Counted from the stretch's first letter, positions 49,759-60,569 are shown. The stretch: 64,000 nt of DNA from Thermofilaceae archaeon (GCA_038861545.1 JAWCCZ010000005.1:32001-96000); one strand, 5' to 3'. Notes: generated by a model from the sequence alone, not told the origin. Numbers and translations are program-made.

Positions 49759-50148
49759 TCAGTATACGTAAGCCAATAAGATACCGCCTATCTTTAACTC
49801 CTCTGCTTCGTGATGACTTAAGATACCATGTGAGGTTGAAAGTACTAGTATGCCAACATCCCTCGCCGGTAGAAATCGAGTTTTCCACCTATCGATCTCG
49901 TGATGCTTAACGGAATGCCGCGGCTTAACTACACCGCAATCATTAATTTTTCCCAAAAGCTGTACTTTAAGTTTACCACCTCGTCCATCTTCAATGTATT
50001 CTATTTCGCCCACATACCCGTTCCTCTGAAGAACTTTAAGGACTTCCATCACAAGCTTCGAAGATGGATATATTAAACACTCACTTCTACCTTTAACTTC
50101 ATTGTTCTTTATCGTAGCTATAGCATTTGCAAGTACATCTGTCAGCAT
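49759..50148 (-). CDS. rps8: 30S ribosomal protein S8
   Basis: DVLANA, EDGRGG, LSTSHG, GGILLAYVY. Confidence 0.96.
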   Translation of the reverse strand: MLTDVLANAIATIKNNEVKGRSECLIYPSSKLVMEVLKVLQRNGYVGEIEYIEDGRGGKLKVQLLGKINDCGVVKPRHSVKHHEIDRWKTRFLPARDVGILVLSTSHGILSHHEAEELKIGGILLAYVY

Positions 50149-50328
50149 AGCAACCCCGGGCGTTAATGTTCCACTCTATTAAATTTTCTACCATGCTTAT
50201 TATTCTATGAATTCATGACAACCAGTCTACCTCACAGCCTTTTACCTTAGACTAATTAGTAAATAACTAGTCGAGGAGAACAAAGGTCTCCCAAAGTATG
50301 AAGAGAGCCCGCGTAGGAGCTTGCAAAC

Positions 50329-50493
50329 TTAATGGTATTTGGTAAAACCCAACTCTTTCGCTACTTCCCTAAAACATCTTCTACATAAATGTAATCCATA
50401 CTTCCTTATTATGGCCTCGTGTGTGCCGCATCTTGCACATTTCATCGATCCCTTACCGAATTCCTTTTTTCTTGGAGGCTTTAGCTTCGCCAT
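50329..50493 (-). CDS. rps14: 30S ribosomal protein S14 (Zn type); not in the ORF track
   Basis: [54 protein letters not shown]; its ATG overlaps the L5 stop. Confidence 0.95.
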   Translation of the reverse strand: MAKLKPPRKKEFGKGSMKCARCGTHEAIIRKYGLHLCRRCFREVAKELGFTKYH

Positions 50494-51026
50494 TAAATCA
50501 CCTTCGCTCCCAATACTTTTCCTATATATTCAATTGCTTCTTCCCTTGTCACATAATGCCTCTTTCCTATTCTAGATTTTCGCCTTCGTCTTCTGGATAT
50601 ACGGTAACCAGGTCTTTCTAAAGCAACAATTACATCCATACCAAAGATGCCGATAGCTGGATCATATTTTACTCCAGGTATGTGTATATGTTCTTTTATT
50701 CCGAAAGCAAAATTTCCCCACTCGTCAATACTCCTTCCATCAATAGTATACCTTATGGCTGTTAACGCCTTCTTTAGAAAAGAATAGGCTTTTTCGCCTC
50801 TCAAAGTAACCATACAAGCTATATTTTCCCCTTTTCTTATTCCGAATTCTCGAATAGTTCTGCGAGCTTTTCTAAGCGAGGGTTTCTGGCCTGTCAACTC
50901 TTCTAGAATTCGCGCGGCGTTAGCTAGGCGTTCGCCGGACTCGCCTACAGCTATGTGGGCTATTACTTTACCGACGAATACCTTTCTCATCGGATGGTTC
51001 GTCTCTAGGATTAACTTATCAACCAT
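50493..51026 (-). CDS. rpl5: 50S ribosomal protein L5
   Basis: HPMR, LTGQKP, FGIRKG, GNFAFGI.EHI, YDP.IGIFG. Confidence 0.97.
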   Translation of the reverse strand: MVDKLILETNHPMRKVFVGKVIAHIAVGESGERLANAARILEELTGQKPSLRKARRTIREFGIRKGENIACMVTLRGEKAYSFLKKALTAIRYTIDGRSIDEWGNFAFGIKEHIHIPGVKYDPAIGIFGMDVIVALERPGYRISRRRRRKSRIGKRHYVTREEAIEYIGKVLGAKVI

Positions 51027-51117
51027 ACATCTGCGAAGCAGGAATAACCAATTTAAACATTGCGGGAGAAGGGGGTCGAGAAGCCTAGGGCTCGTGAGCT
51101 AATTTTCTAAATGATTT

Positions 51118-51918
51118 TCAGAGAAGACTCGTGTATTTAAACTTGAATAACTCCTCCCACGTCTTAAGCTCCTGGTCTGTGGGCAGCGTAATTAATGGAT
51201 TCTCCTTACCCACAACAAAAACATACTTTAATATTGTCCTAACGGTGTCGTCACCTCTGCCAAGGGTAACAACAGCTCTAGAGCGTTTGAAAGTCTGTTG
51301 TATGGATTGAATGGTACCAGTAAAACCCACGTTTCTACCGTCGATCACACATGCTATCGATCCTGTAGCCATTTTCACACTATCGATTATTTGTTTCGTT
51401 CCTAAATGCATCAGAACAGTATCATATGTTTCATAAGGCTGTTTTGAAGAAAGCTCGATGTTTTTTATAGCATAATTTCTGCCATCATGAAAAGTTAATT
51501 GAATATAATTATTTTTAATTATAGTTTTCTTTTGTATTCTCAAAGGTTTTAAGTTTGCCTCCTCTGCAGAAATTCTATGAAACATAAAGAACTTAGAGGG
51601 ATGAGGCAAAACCCGGAAATATTCCTCAGGCCCCCTCAAGTAAAGTACGTCCATAAACCCCACTGGAAACTTATAGTCCGTAACCACTTTTCCATCAACG
51701 TGGACTTTTCTTTCCGCTAGAATTTTTCTTGTCTCCCTTATAGTGGACGTGTACTTGAGAATATCTCTAAGAACAATCCCTAAGGGTATAGATCTAATAA
51801 TGGGATGAGAACCCGGCGCGGGCTTTATAGTCCATGCAAAATCTTTCTTGCGTATAGACCAAAACTGAGGCGCAACTTCCCGTCTCAAGTGCCTTAAAGA
51901 TCCTCCCGATTTTTTCAC
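51118..51918 (-). CDS. rps4e: 30S ribosomal protein S4e
   Basis: HLRR..AP..W, VDGKV.TD.KFPVGFMDV, HDGRN. Confidence 0.95.
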   Translation of the reverse strand: MKKSGGSLRHLRREVAPQFWSIRKKDFAWTIKPAPGSHPIIRSIPLGIVLRDILKYTSTIRETRKILAERKVHVDGKVVTDYKFPVGFMDVLYLRGPEEYFRVLPHPSKFFMFHRISAEEANLKPLRIQKKTIIKNNYIQLTFHDGRNYAIKNIELSSKQPYETYDTVLMHLGTKQIIDSVKMATGSIACVIDGRNVGFTGTIQSIQQTFKRSRAVVTLGRGDDTVRTILKYVFVVGKENPLITLPTDQELKTWEELFKFKYTSLL

Positions 51919-51923
51919 TCTTT

Positions 51924-52325
51924 CTACACCTCTGATCGTGTAGCTTTTTTCTTTCTTTCTATAATTTCTTTTCTTCTATCGTCACTTAAATCCAGTTTTG
52001 TAATAACCACCTTCGAGGAATGCAGTGGTATGAATACGTCTCTGCCGTCAGCCCGCGTCCTAGTGACGCCTTCTATAAATATGCGTGTCTTCTTTACACT
52101 GACCCTAGCTACTTTACCTTCATGACCTTTAAAACTACCCCGGACAACCATAACGGTGTCTCCCTTTCTAACCCTTATCCTCCTAATTCCGTACTCCTTC
52201 CTAAGCTCCTCAGATAAAGGTGCCACTATTTGCTTCGCCTTAACGTGTAGTGGAGCTCTATAGACAGCTCTTTTCCTAACCTTTTTAGGATGCGATGACG
52301 TGCCCGGCTGTACCACTACTAACAC
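51924..52325 (-). CDS. rpl24: 50S ribosomal protein L24
   Basis: [24 protein letters not shown] (KOW), LDLSD..R. Confidence 0.95.
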   Translation of the reverse strand: MLVVVQPGTSSHPKKVRKRAVYRAPLHVKAKQIVAPLSEELRKEYGIRRIRVRKGDTVMVVRGSFKGHEGKVARVSVKKTRIFIEGVTRTRADGRDVFIPLHSSKVVITKLDLSDDRRKEIIERKKKATRSEV

Positions 52326-52380
52326 CTCACGGGAAGCCTACTAATAATTTAAAAACTTACCGGTAACAAATACACTCTGG

Positions 52381-52791
52381 TTAACCTGCTTCCTCAGGTA
52401 ACCCCTCTACCGGAGGGCTTCCCGCCATTGCGGCCGCTTTTTCTCTTTCTATTTGCTTTTTAGTTTCCTCAACAATCTTCTTCCAATCAATGATCCTCTT
52501 AGTTATCGTCTGTAAGTGCTGCTTAAGAAAATCCATGGCCTTTTCCTTACCTAATCTAGCTACATTCCATGTAACAAATGGCGAGTAAAACGATGCCTTA
52601 GTTATCTTGGGCTTATCATTTTCCTCTAGTTCAAAGAGTATAAATCCAAGCTCTCGTAAATAGCATGTATCGTTTGGACAAAGGATATCAATTTCTCTGT
52701 TTTCCTTCTTTATAAATATTACTTTATACTCTGAAGGATCTTTTATTATCCTTCCACAAACACATTGTATGAAGTCTCCTCCCTCAGTCAA
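52381..52791 (-). CDS. Conserved hypothetical protein with a probable Zn site
   Basis: CVCG...CPNDTC cysteine pattern; F..PFVTWN. Confidence 0.65.
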   Translation of the reverse strand: MTEGGDFIQCVCGRIIKDPSEYKVIFIKKENREIDILCPNDTCYLRELGFILFELEENDKPKITKASFYSPFVTWNVARLGKEKAMDFLKQHLQTITKRIIDWKKIVEETKKQIEREKAAAMAGSPPVEGLPEEAG

Positions 52792-52845
52792 GATTGCTCC
52801 CTCAAGAGGGGGATATACACTTCTTATTAAGAGTTACGTAAGTAT

Positions 52846-52897
52846 ATTTCAGCAATCGAAAGCAACATCACCGATCAGTTGTGAGCTGCTTCATCCT
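52846..52897 (-). ncRNA. Probable C/D box sRNA with degenerate C boxes
   Basis: Minus strand: ATGAAGC-AGCTCACAA-CTGA-TCG-GTGATGT-TGCTTTCGATTG-CTGA, with correct spacing. Confidence 0.55.
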
Positions 52898-52929
52898 TTA
52901 AGAATTTTTAAGTAGATGGTAGTATTAAA

Positions 52930-53829
52930 GTGCTAGCCTTGAAGGAGGCGCTTGAAGCATTTAAACAATTAAGTGCTGAGGAGTTCAGAGTATTGAGTGC
53001 AGTTGAACGATGTATGGCTAAATATATGTATGTTCCGATAAAGGAAATTTCTAAATTAACCGGTTATGATGAAAACTATACATCCATTTTAGTTAGAAAA
53101 TTGAACTTAATGGGTTTACTTCAGAGATATTCTGGTAACTATGTAGGTTATATTTTAACTTCTAGAGGATACGACTGTTTGGCACTTAATACTTTGATGA
53201 AAAGAGGAGTTTTAGAGGGCATTGGCACCTCACCCTTAGGTAGAGGTAAAGAGTCTGATGTTTATCCAGGTAAAACCATGGGAAATAAGTTCGTGGCAGT
53301 GAAATTTCACCGGATTGGTCGCACATCTTTTAGACAAACTAGGAAAGTGCGCTCTTATATAGGTAAAAGACATCATATATCTTGGCTGTATCAGTCCAGG
53401 TTAGCAGCCAAGAGTGAGTACAGGGCTCTACAAATACTTCATCCATTTGGAGTCTCTGTTCCAAAACCTATTGATTGGAACAGACATGTAGTAATTTATG
53501 AGTACTTGGAGGGGGTCGAGCTTTTTAGAACGCCTAAGTTAATTGATGTAGAACTATTTAAAGATCTTTTACTTAAGGAAATACTCAAAGCTTATGAAAA
53601 AGGTATCATACACTGTGATTTAAGCGAGTATAATGTTATGGTTGTAGGGGAAAAACCCGTCCTTTTCGATTGGCCTCAATGGGTTTCAAGCTCACATCCC
53701 ATGGCGATGCATTACCTAAAACGCGACATATATAACATACTAACGTTTTTTAAAAGGAAATATGACCTTAGCTGCGACTGGGATGAAGCAATTAATAAAC
53801 TATTAAGTGGGGGGAGAAGAGTTGCTTAG
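52930..53829 (+). CDS. rio2: RIO2-type atypical Ser/Thr kinase
   Basis: N-terminal winged helix, GRGKESDVY, KFHRIGRTSF, IHCDLSEYN, FDWPQ. Confidence 0.93.
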   Translation: MLALKEALEAFKQLSAEEFRVLSAVERCMAKYMYVPIKEISKLTGYDENYTSILVRKLNLMGLLQRYSGNYVGYILTSRGYDCLALNTLMKRGVLEGIGTSPLGRGKESDVYPGKTMGNKFVAVKFHRIGRTSFRQTRKVRSYIGKRHHISWLYQSRLAAKSEYRALQILHPFGVSVPKPIDWNRHVVIYEYLEGVELFRTPKLIDVELFKDLLLKEILKAYEKGIIHCDLSEYNVMVVGEKPVLFDWPQWVSSSHPMAMHYLKRDIYNILTFFKRKYDLSCDWDEAINKLLSGGRRVA

Positions 53830-55834
53830 GAAAATCATTGGAATTGATTTGCTTCCTGGAGAATCGCCGATTTCAACTAAAAACCCGCGTTTCTCCTATG
53901 CTCTTTTAGTAGATGGAACTATCAAGGAGAAAGGGGAGGCCAATTTACATTATGTACTTGATCTAGCGGATAAGGTGCGGGTAGACGCTATAGCTGTTGA
54001 TAACGTATATGAGATAGCGCCAACAATCGAAGAACTTCAAATACTCTTTAACGCTCTAAATTACACGCCCAAGCTCGTTCAGGTAACTATCATAGGTGAT
54101 AAAACATATCCTTTGAACTTATTAGCGGCATCTCTTGGATTAAGTAATGAAAAACTTAGCTCAGAGCAAGCCGCTGAAATTGCCGCTATGCTGTGTCATA
54201 TGGGAGTAGGTTCAGAGCTCGTGCTTTTCGAACGGGATGAGACTAAAATTATCATAGCTAAAGGTAGGCATCCATCTCAAGGTGGAATGAGCTTGGAACG
54301 GTATAAAAGAGGTGTGGAGAGACTTCTGTTACAAAAAACTAGGGAGATCAGAGAGATACTGGATAAGAGAGGGATGGACTATGATGTCTTCATAGCTAAA
54401 ACTCGCTTCGGTGTAGAGCGAGCTGTGTTCATAGTATACTCTTCAAGAGATAGTTTATTCGGTATCGTAAAACCCACGCGTGATCACGACTTACAATTGA
54501 AAATAGAATTAGTTTGTAAGAAAAACCCTGTTTTCGTGCCTTTAACTAAACAGCCCTCCAGGGTACGTAAAAATCTAGATTATCTTATCGTTGGAGTAGA
54601 TCCGGGAATTACAACTGGAATAGCTGTATTGACTTTAAGAGGAGAACTAAAGTTGCTTACATCCGGGCGGGAACTAAGTAGAGGGCATGTAACCAGGTTG
54701 CTGATGGCCTATGGCAATCCAGTTATACTAGCCACTGATGTTGTTCCGGCACCCGTGTATGTCAGAAAGTTAGGATCTATGCTGAATGCAGTGCTAATAA
54801 CACCTAGTATTAATCTCACAGCGGAAGAAAAGCGTAGACTGGTTAATGAATACTCTGAAACCAAAAATGTAAACGTTCTAGTTGAAAATTCTCACCAACG
54901 AGATGCACTGGCTGCTGCAATATATGCATTTAGAAAATTATCTCCAAAATTAAACGAGGCAAGAGACAAGGTAAGAAAGTTAGGACTAGATATACCGGAG
55001 GAGGAGGTGGAAGTCCTCGTTGCAAAAGGTTTAACTATTTGGGATGCTATTAGAAATATAACACGTAAGTATTACATGCCCGAAGTTGAGATAGAAGTTC
55101 CAGAGAAGATTTCATCCCATCCAAATAATAAAGTTATACAAACACTTTACGATAAAATTTATTCAATGAATAGAAGAATAAAAGAACTTGAAAATGAAAA
55201 AAATGAACTTATATATAAACTCAAGGTTTTAGAGGAACAATATCAAAAGATATTAAATTTTCAGAATTTTGTATTAAAGAGAGATAAAATGATAGAAATA
55301 TTAAACAATAGATTAAATAACTTAATGTTAGATCTATCTAAGCTTAACCATGAATTGAATAGGAAGAAAGAGGAAGTGGGTTGTTTGAAAAGTATACTCG
55401 AACAAACAGCCCTAGGTGAATTAATATTAGTGCCGCGAGTTAACGATGCAAAGAAGTTACTGGAAACCCCATTTCCCACTGGTATAGCGGTTATAGAGAC
55501 TATAAAGCCGAGTGATGATAAACTTATCGCAACCTCTGTAAATAAGCAGAAGCTAAAAGCATTGATATGCGAGAGTGGTTATAACGACTACTACGCAAAA
55601 CTATTGGCCCGATACGATGCTGTTCTGTTAAGCGAAAAAGATGTAAAAGCTTTATATAAACTTGGTAATGTAAATGTTTACAACGCATGTGAACTTGAAG
55701 AAATTGTCATCACTAAGTTAAGGGAGAGTAGTGAAGAGGTATCTAAAATGCTTAAGGATTCCATTAAAACATTGTTGGAAAACTACAAAAGCGAGCGCGC
55801 CAGATTTATAAAATCTAAACAAGAAAGCCCATGA
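53807..55834 (+). CDS. DUF460-domain protein (RNase H-like fold plus coiled coil)
   Basis: GGMS..RY.R, IVGVDPGITTG, ATDV, HQRDALAAA, long heptad region. Confidence 0.85.
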   Translation: MGGEELLRKIIGIDLLPGESPISTKNPRFSYALLVDGTIKEKGEANLHYVLDLADKVRVDAIAVDNVYEIAPTIEELQILFNALNYTPKLVQVTIIGDKTYPLNLLAASLGLSNEKLSSEQAAEIAAMLCHMGVGSELVLFERDETKIIIAKGRHPSQGGMSLERYKRGVERLLLQKTREIREILDKRGMDYDVFIAKTRFGVERAVFIVYSSRDSLFGIVKPTRDHDLQLKIELVCKKNPVFVPLTKQPSRVRKNLDYLIVGVDPGITTGIAVLTLRGELKLLTSGRELSRGHVTRLLMAYGNPVILATDVVPAPVYVRKLGSMLNAVLITPSINLTAEEKRRLVNEYSETKNVNVLVENSHQRDALAAAIYAFRKLSPKLNEARDKVRKLGLDIPEEEVEVLVAKGLTIWDAIRNITRKYYMPEVEIEVPEKISSHPNNKVIQTLYDKIYSMNRRIKELENEKNELIYKLKVLEEQYQKILNFQNFVLKRDKMIEILNNRLNNLMLDLSKLNHELNRKKEEVGCLKSILEQTALGELILVPRVNDAKKLLETPFPTGIAVIETIKPSDDKLIATSVNKQKLKALICESGYNDYYAKLLARYDAVLLSEKDVKALYKLGNVNVYNACELEEIVITKLRESSEEVSKMLKDSIKTLLENYKSERARFIKSKQESP

Positions 55835-55845
55835 ACATTTATAGT

Positions 55846-57126
55846 TTAAAATAGGTGGATTCTCCCCTCTATAAACTCGTTTTGAAGCTTTGTGACGTTT
55901 TCCAGGTATTCGTTTAATATAGGTTCAACATATTTTACCGCAATATTATATACCTCTTCTTTAGCTACCAGCCCAACATGCGCTACCAGTGGGTCATTGA
56001 TAGGTCTCCCTATTTGACTGATCAACTCTACATAAGCTTCCTCCACCTCTGTTTCTTGTGCTATTTTCTCTGCGATCATTCTAGCTAATACATTGTAAAT
56101 TTTTCCGACATGATTTACAGGATTCTTGCCAGCAGTTGCTTCCATAGACATGGGCCTCATAGGAGTTATTAAACCATTAGCCCTGTTTCCTCGTCCAGTA
56201 GCGCCATCGTCTCCATGTTCAGCGGATGTGCCTGTTACTACAAGGTAAATACCGCTTTCGTCTTTTGCATCGGGATCGTCTCCTGTATTTACGTAAACGT
56301 TAACATCCTTATCTATTATTCTGGCAGATAAGTTTTCCACTCTTTTCTTTACCTCTTCTTTAGCATAGAAGTAATCGTCCTTACTCTTAATGTGTCGAGA
56401 TACCATACCAACAGCTATAGTTAATTCTATGGTTGACTCTTTCCTAATACCCATTACTTTAACATCCTCACCCACCATCGGCAACTCCCTCTTTAAATCA
56501 AAAGAATTCAGATAACGTTCTACTTCTAGAACCAATTTTTCTGTTTCAGATAATGGTGCAAACCCTACTCCAAGCGACGTATCATTCGCACCAGGGATTT
56601 TCTTCCTCCTTTCAAATATAGAAACTAGATCTGCAGATCCTTTACCTATCTTGTAATCAATAATTGTATGAATGTTGGGGTCTAGGTACCTGATGTTGCC
56701 TTTAATCCAAGACCTAACAGCTTCTAAGACTAGGGGACCTATCGGTACACTTTCAACACCTCCGAGATCTGTTTTTACTTCTGTGGTTGCCCTGCCTGCA
56801 ACTAATACATATATTGGCGCAAGTACTTCGCCGCCGCCAAATTTAGGTTTAGATTGTCCTCCTACGATAAGTACCTTGTCCATGTTGTGGTGAAGTACGC
56901 TTCCGAACCTCCGAATATACTCTTTGCATAAAGCTACACTTACAGCTTCTGCAACTGCATCGGCCATATAGTCTGGATGACCTAACCCCTTTCGTTCCAC
57001 AATCTCCACGCTTCGAGCAAATACGGGCTGCACGTTTAATCTCTCCACCCGGATTCCATTTCGATTCATCGCCATAGCGGCGAAGTGATCTGTTATTAGT
57101 GTATCCCTTTTATTACTGAGATTCAT
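55846..57126 (-). CDS. mat: Archaeal S-adenosylmethionine synthetase
   Basis: [48 protein letters not shown]. True start is probably near 57076. Confidence 0.96.
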   Translation of the reverse strand: MNLSNKRDTLITDHFAAMAMNRNGIRVERLNVQPVFARSVEIVERKGLGHPDYMADAVAEAVSVALCKEYIRRFGSVLHHNMDKVLIVGGQSKPKFGGGEVLAPIYVLVAGRATTEVKTDLGGVESVPIGPLVLEAVRSWIKGNIRYLDPNIHTIIDYKIGKGSADLVSIFERRKKIPGANDTSLGVGFAPLSETEKLVLEVERYLNSFDLKRELPMVGEDVKVMGIRKESTIELTIAVGMVSRHIKSKDDYFYAKEEVKKRVENLSARIIDKDVNVYVNTGDDPDAKDESGIYLVVTGTSAEHGDDGATGRGNRANGLITPMRPMSMEATAGKNPVNHVGKIYNVLARMIAEKIAQETEVEEAYVELISQIGRPINDPLVAHVGLVAKEEVYNIAVKYVEPILNEYLENVTKLQNEFIEGRIHLF

Positions 57127-57132
57127 GAAGTC

Positions 57133-57426
57133 CTATAATGTTACTCTATTACCTACTACAGCGACATACATTATATTACTACCGCGTATGAAAACTTTAC
57201 CGTACTTTACTATCGGATTACCATTTTCCTCAACTTGGGCTGCACCATCTAGTATCAAGTTCATCGATGCATCAACGTTTTCGACAACTCCCCTGTACTC
57301 GCTATTGTCTTTCAGTTTAACTAGGACTTCAATACCTAATTCCCTCAGTCTGATAAGTAACTCCAATGGTTTATCGATAACCGAAACCTCCATGCCATAT
57401 CGCCTGTTGTACTCGGCTCTCTTCAT
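57133..57426 (-). CDS. Sm-like archaeal protein (Lsm/SmAP)
   Basis: VLVKLKD..EYRG....D..MNLIL (Sm1) and VFIRGSNI (Sm2); adjacent to mat. Confidence 0.92.
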   Translation of the reverse strand: MKRAEYNRRYGMEVSVIDKPLELLIRLRELGIEVLVKLKDNSEYRGVVENVDASMNLILDGAAQVEENGNPIVKYGKVFIRGSNIMYVAVVGNRVTL

Positions 57427-57512
57427 CTGCTCTTAAAATCTTCGCTCAGAGTGTTTTAATTATACACAGACATATCATATAAATAAAAGGCCTTACTATT
57501 GAATTCTAGTCC

Positions 57513-57716
57513 ATGAAATGTAATATATGTGGCAAAGAGATTGCTGTTGCTAAGATTGAGGGAAAGTATTATTGTTATAGTTGTGGTAGTCAATTATTAA
57601 AAGAACACGTGTTGCGTTTATTGAAAGAACTGGAGAGAAAAGGTCTAGCCATTTCAGCCGAACAAAGCGCAGAAAACTATGAGCCAGGTAATTTTGCTTA
57701 TTCTAAGCGGGAATAG
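57513..57716 (+). CDS. Small Zn-finger protein
   Basis: CNICG...YYCYSC. Confidence 0.65.
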   Translation: MKCNICGKEIAVAKIEGKYYCYSCGSQLLKEHVLRLLKELERKGLAISAEQSAENYEPGNFAYSKRE

Positions 57717-57760
57717 AAAACATTCTTAGTAATAACTTTTTCCCGTAATAACGAATAACT

Positions 57761-58219
57761 TTAATGACCCCCTTTGTGTCTTACAACTTCATGCCGCTTC
57801 CTTAGAATTCTTTCCCTCTGTTTTTTAGCCCACTTGCGATTATGTGTATAGCGATGCTTATCACTTAAAAGACCCCGTGTTTTTCGCCCTGCCATTGTTT
57901 TACCTTTGAAGACCCTACCTTTATCCGGTTTAGCTAAAAGTACTTTAGGTAACGTTGGCTGGGATAAGTTAGCTTCCCCGAGTTTAACGGCTTTCAACCA
58001 TTCTCGTAATTTCTTCACGTTTTCCTCATACATGCTTTTTCGTCTTTCATCAACATAAATTCCCATTAATCTAGCTTCGTTGACCGTTAACCCTGCTGCT
58101 TTAATCTCACTAATAGAATACCCCCGACCTGCTTTGGAAAACTTGGGCGGCAAGCCGCCGAATCGTTTTAACGAAGGTACTTTAACTATTGGAGGAGGAG
58201 GACCTGTCATTGCTACCAC
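57761..58219 (-). CDS. rpl13e: 50S ribosomal protein L13e with C-terminal extension
   Basis: GRGYS..EIKAAGL, A...GI.VD.RRKS..EEN, RVFKGKTMAGRK.RGL. Confidence 0.9.
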   Translation of the reverse strand: MVAMTGPPPPIVKVPSLKRFGGLPPKFSKAGRGYSISEIKAAGLTVNEARLMGIYVDERRKSMYEENVKKLREWLKAVKLGEANLSQPTLPKVLLAKPDKGRVFKGKTMAGRKTRGLLSDKHRYTHNRKWAKKQRERILRKRHEVVRHKGGH

Positions 58220-58616
58220 TCCGAGCCCTGCTCGAATACCCTCTTTTTAAACTTTCTCTTCCCTCGCCTACTTCAAAGTCGCCTATTAGCCTTGAAGCAC
58301 GCAGAACCATCACTCCACCAATGATTAGTGCTGTAAAAAGCCCGAGGACGCCCGTTACTCTTAGTATTTGCTGAGCATTCTTAAGTGAATAGTCAGAAAC
58401 CATACTTCGAGCCATAAGCAGTAGTAGAAGGGAAGCTAAGCAAATTAGTTCATATATAACTAGCCAAAACATTATTAGATTCACGTAATTCACGTGAGCA
58501 TATGCTAAAATAGTTAAAAGCATAGCTGGTATAAGTGTTCCCAGTGCATATAGTACAGTTGCCCGGCCGAGAAGGGCTCGTGTCTCTCTAAAGATTCTCA
58601 TTCCGCGAATCATCAA
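58182..58616 (-). CDS. Hypothetical membrane protein (3-4 TM)
   Basis: Hydrophobic segments only. Confidence 0.55.
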   Translation of the reverse strand: MMIRGMRIFRETRALLGRATVLYALGTLIPAMLLTILAYAHVNYVNLIMFWLVIYELICLASLLLLLMARSMVSDYSLKNAQQILRVTGVLGLFTALIIGGVMVLRASRLIGDFEVGEGRESLKRGYSSRARSGSNDRSSSSNS

Positions 58617-58680
58617 AGCTGTAAAATGGTCCTTTGGATAAACTTTTCTTTTTAGCTGAAGTTTCGATAAAACTTAATAA

Positions 58681-60327
58681 TTAATAACGCATGAGCTTAA
58701 GTATCAATAGAGAAACCCCATAAAAACTTAAAGCATTGTTCATAACTTGTTTATAACGTAAAGTAAATTTAACTATTCCTATATAATGTATAAATGCTAT
58801 CAAAAATATCAAACCGAAAAGTACTCCTACAAAAACATTCGATGAATTTAAGCAGAAGTAACTCCCGTTACTCCATATGCTTGAATAAACGACCAGTAAG
58901 CCTGTGGAATCAAACACTAATGTAGCCCAGCTTAATTTAGAATTTGCTTGCCTATAGTAGTTTAAAATAAAAGTAAAAACAGATACGAGACACGTTGTTA
59001 CAATGAAGGTAGTAACGTCAAAATTGCTTGCTATCAAGTTTAATTTCGGAGATTGTCTATAAACCAAGCCCGTCATCCATTCTTTCTGAATGTAGATTAA
59101 TGGGTCTTCATATTCGTATCTCATAGCCGCTCTTGCTAACATCAACCCAGTTGGAGCTAAAATGCAAATAATTGCAAAAATAATGCTGTTCATGTAACTC
59201 TTAGATAACTTATGATTCCACATACTCATCACAGCAAGCAGCAAATGTATTGAAGGACTCAGGAAAATCATGACCACCGGGATAAATTCCTGCATTCCTA
59301 CGAGACTCGAGAGAAACAATAGGGCCATGCTCATTATACTGGGAGTAAACGAGTCGGGTACACTAGTTGGAAGATAAAAACCACCTTCTAATCTTATGGT
59401 TATTAAGTCTGATAAAATAATTATTAAAATCATAAATAAAGTTATAAATACAACGTAGGTTGGGGATATGAGAAATGTGAATCCTAATATCATGATTAGT
59501 ACTCCTATGGCTGAGGCTGCAATGCTAACAATTATCCGAGAAAAGCTTCTTGCGGCACCCCACATGTGTAGAAGGACCGCTGCAACAAGTGTGGAAACAA
59601 GAACCCCCGCTTGGATCCCCAGGTAAATGCCGTGAATTATTTTCGCGTTTATAGCATTTACTGTCTGGAAAACGATAGTAGTAAAAAATAGATGAACCCC
59701 TACTGTAATAACAGTAGCTAAAGTTGAGGAGGCTAACATTAATATAGTGAACCCCGTATAATAAGAGTAGAAATCCATCTGATCCAGTGAGAAAAATACA
59801 TCAAGTACAGCAAATAGAAAACCCACTATAATACCAGTTAGAATTAGAGCAGAAAGTTCATTTTGAGAATAGCGTTTAGTGGCGTGTTCCATAGTTGTGG
59901 GTAAGGCCTCAACGCCTTCCCATAGAGACGAGAGTGTTCTTATAACGCTGTCATGAATTAAGAAAAACCCCACAAGCATAGCATACGTAATTAACAACAA
60001 ACTCAACATGGATTCTGAAAACAGGCTACTGGGTACTTCTAGGCCCCCTAAAAGTGGGGATGCCCGACTCAGGGCTTCTCTATTAGTTAATACTAAGTAT
60101 AGAAGCGAGAAACCCATTCGCAAGTTAATAACTGTTAGCGAGGAAGCAAGACTCAAGGCTAAAGGCGGGGCCCATTCACTCTGAGGAAAACGTAACAGTA
60201 ATGTTCCAAGGGCTAGCGCGGAAATAATAAAAACTTGCAATGGAGCGCCTATTACAGATTCCAGTATCAATAGGCCTACCCCGCTGCCGAGTAGTATGCA
60301 AGCTGTTGCGATCAATATAGACTTCAT
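58681..60327 (-). CDS. Polytopic membrane protein of unknown function (possible transporter)
   Basis: About 14 or more hydrophobic segments over 548 aa; no family motif recognised. Confidence 0.6.
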   Translation of the reverse strand: MKSILIATACILLGSGVGLLILESVIGAPLQVFIISALALGTLLLRFPQSEWAPPLALSLASSLTVINLRMGFSLLYLVLTNREALSRASPLLGGLEVPSSLFSESMLSLLLITYAMLVGFFLIHDSVIRTLSSLWEGVEALPTTMEHATKRYSQNELSALILTGIIVGFLFAVLDVFFSLDQMDFYSYYTGFTILMLASSTLATVITVGVHLFFTTIVFQTVNAINAKIIHGIYLGIQAGVLVSTLVAAVLLHMWGAARSFSRIIVSIAASAIGVLIMILGFTFLISPTYVVFITLFMILIIILSDLITIRLEGGFYLPTSVPDSFTPSIMSMALLFLSSLVGMQEFIPVVMIFLSPSIHLLLAVMSMWNHKLSKSYMNSIIFAIICILAPTGLMLARAAMRYEYEDPLIYIQKEWMTGLVYRQSPKLNLIASNFDVTTFIVTTCLVSVFTFILNYYRQANSKLSWATLVFDSTGLLVVYSSIWSNGSYFCLNSSNVFVGVLFGLIFLIAFIHYIGIVKFTLRYKQVMNNALSFYGVSLLILKLMRY

Positions 60328-60569
60328 TTCGTTACGCCTAGAATATTTTTCTCGTCATCACCAACCTGAGAAAGAAATTTCGAACCAGAGGCGTTAGCTA
60401 AAATTCGGGCTAGCACTGGGCAACCATTGCCTCTTCTAGCACAATAATCTTTTAATGAATGATGCCTTAATCGCCATTCCTCGGGTGGCATGAACACGCA
60501 TCTTGTCCCATTTCCAGTATACTTGTAGTACATGCATTCCCTTTCTTCGTCCATCAACCCGGTAAACAT
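60324..60569 (-). CDS. Small four-cysteine protein
   Basis: ECMYY...RCVF...YC....GCP; its stop overlaps the next start (ATGA). Confidence 0.6.
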   Translation of the reverse strand: MFTGLMDEERECMYYKYTGNGTRCVFMPPEEWRLRHHSLKDYCARRGNGCPVLARILANASGSKFLSQVGDDEKNILGVTK

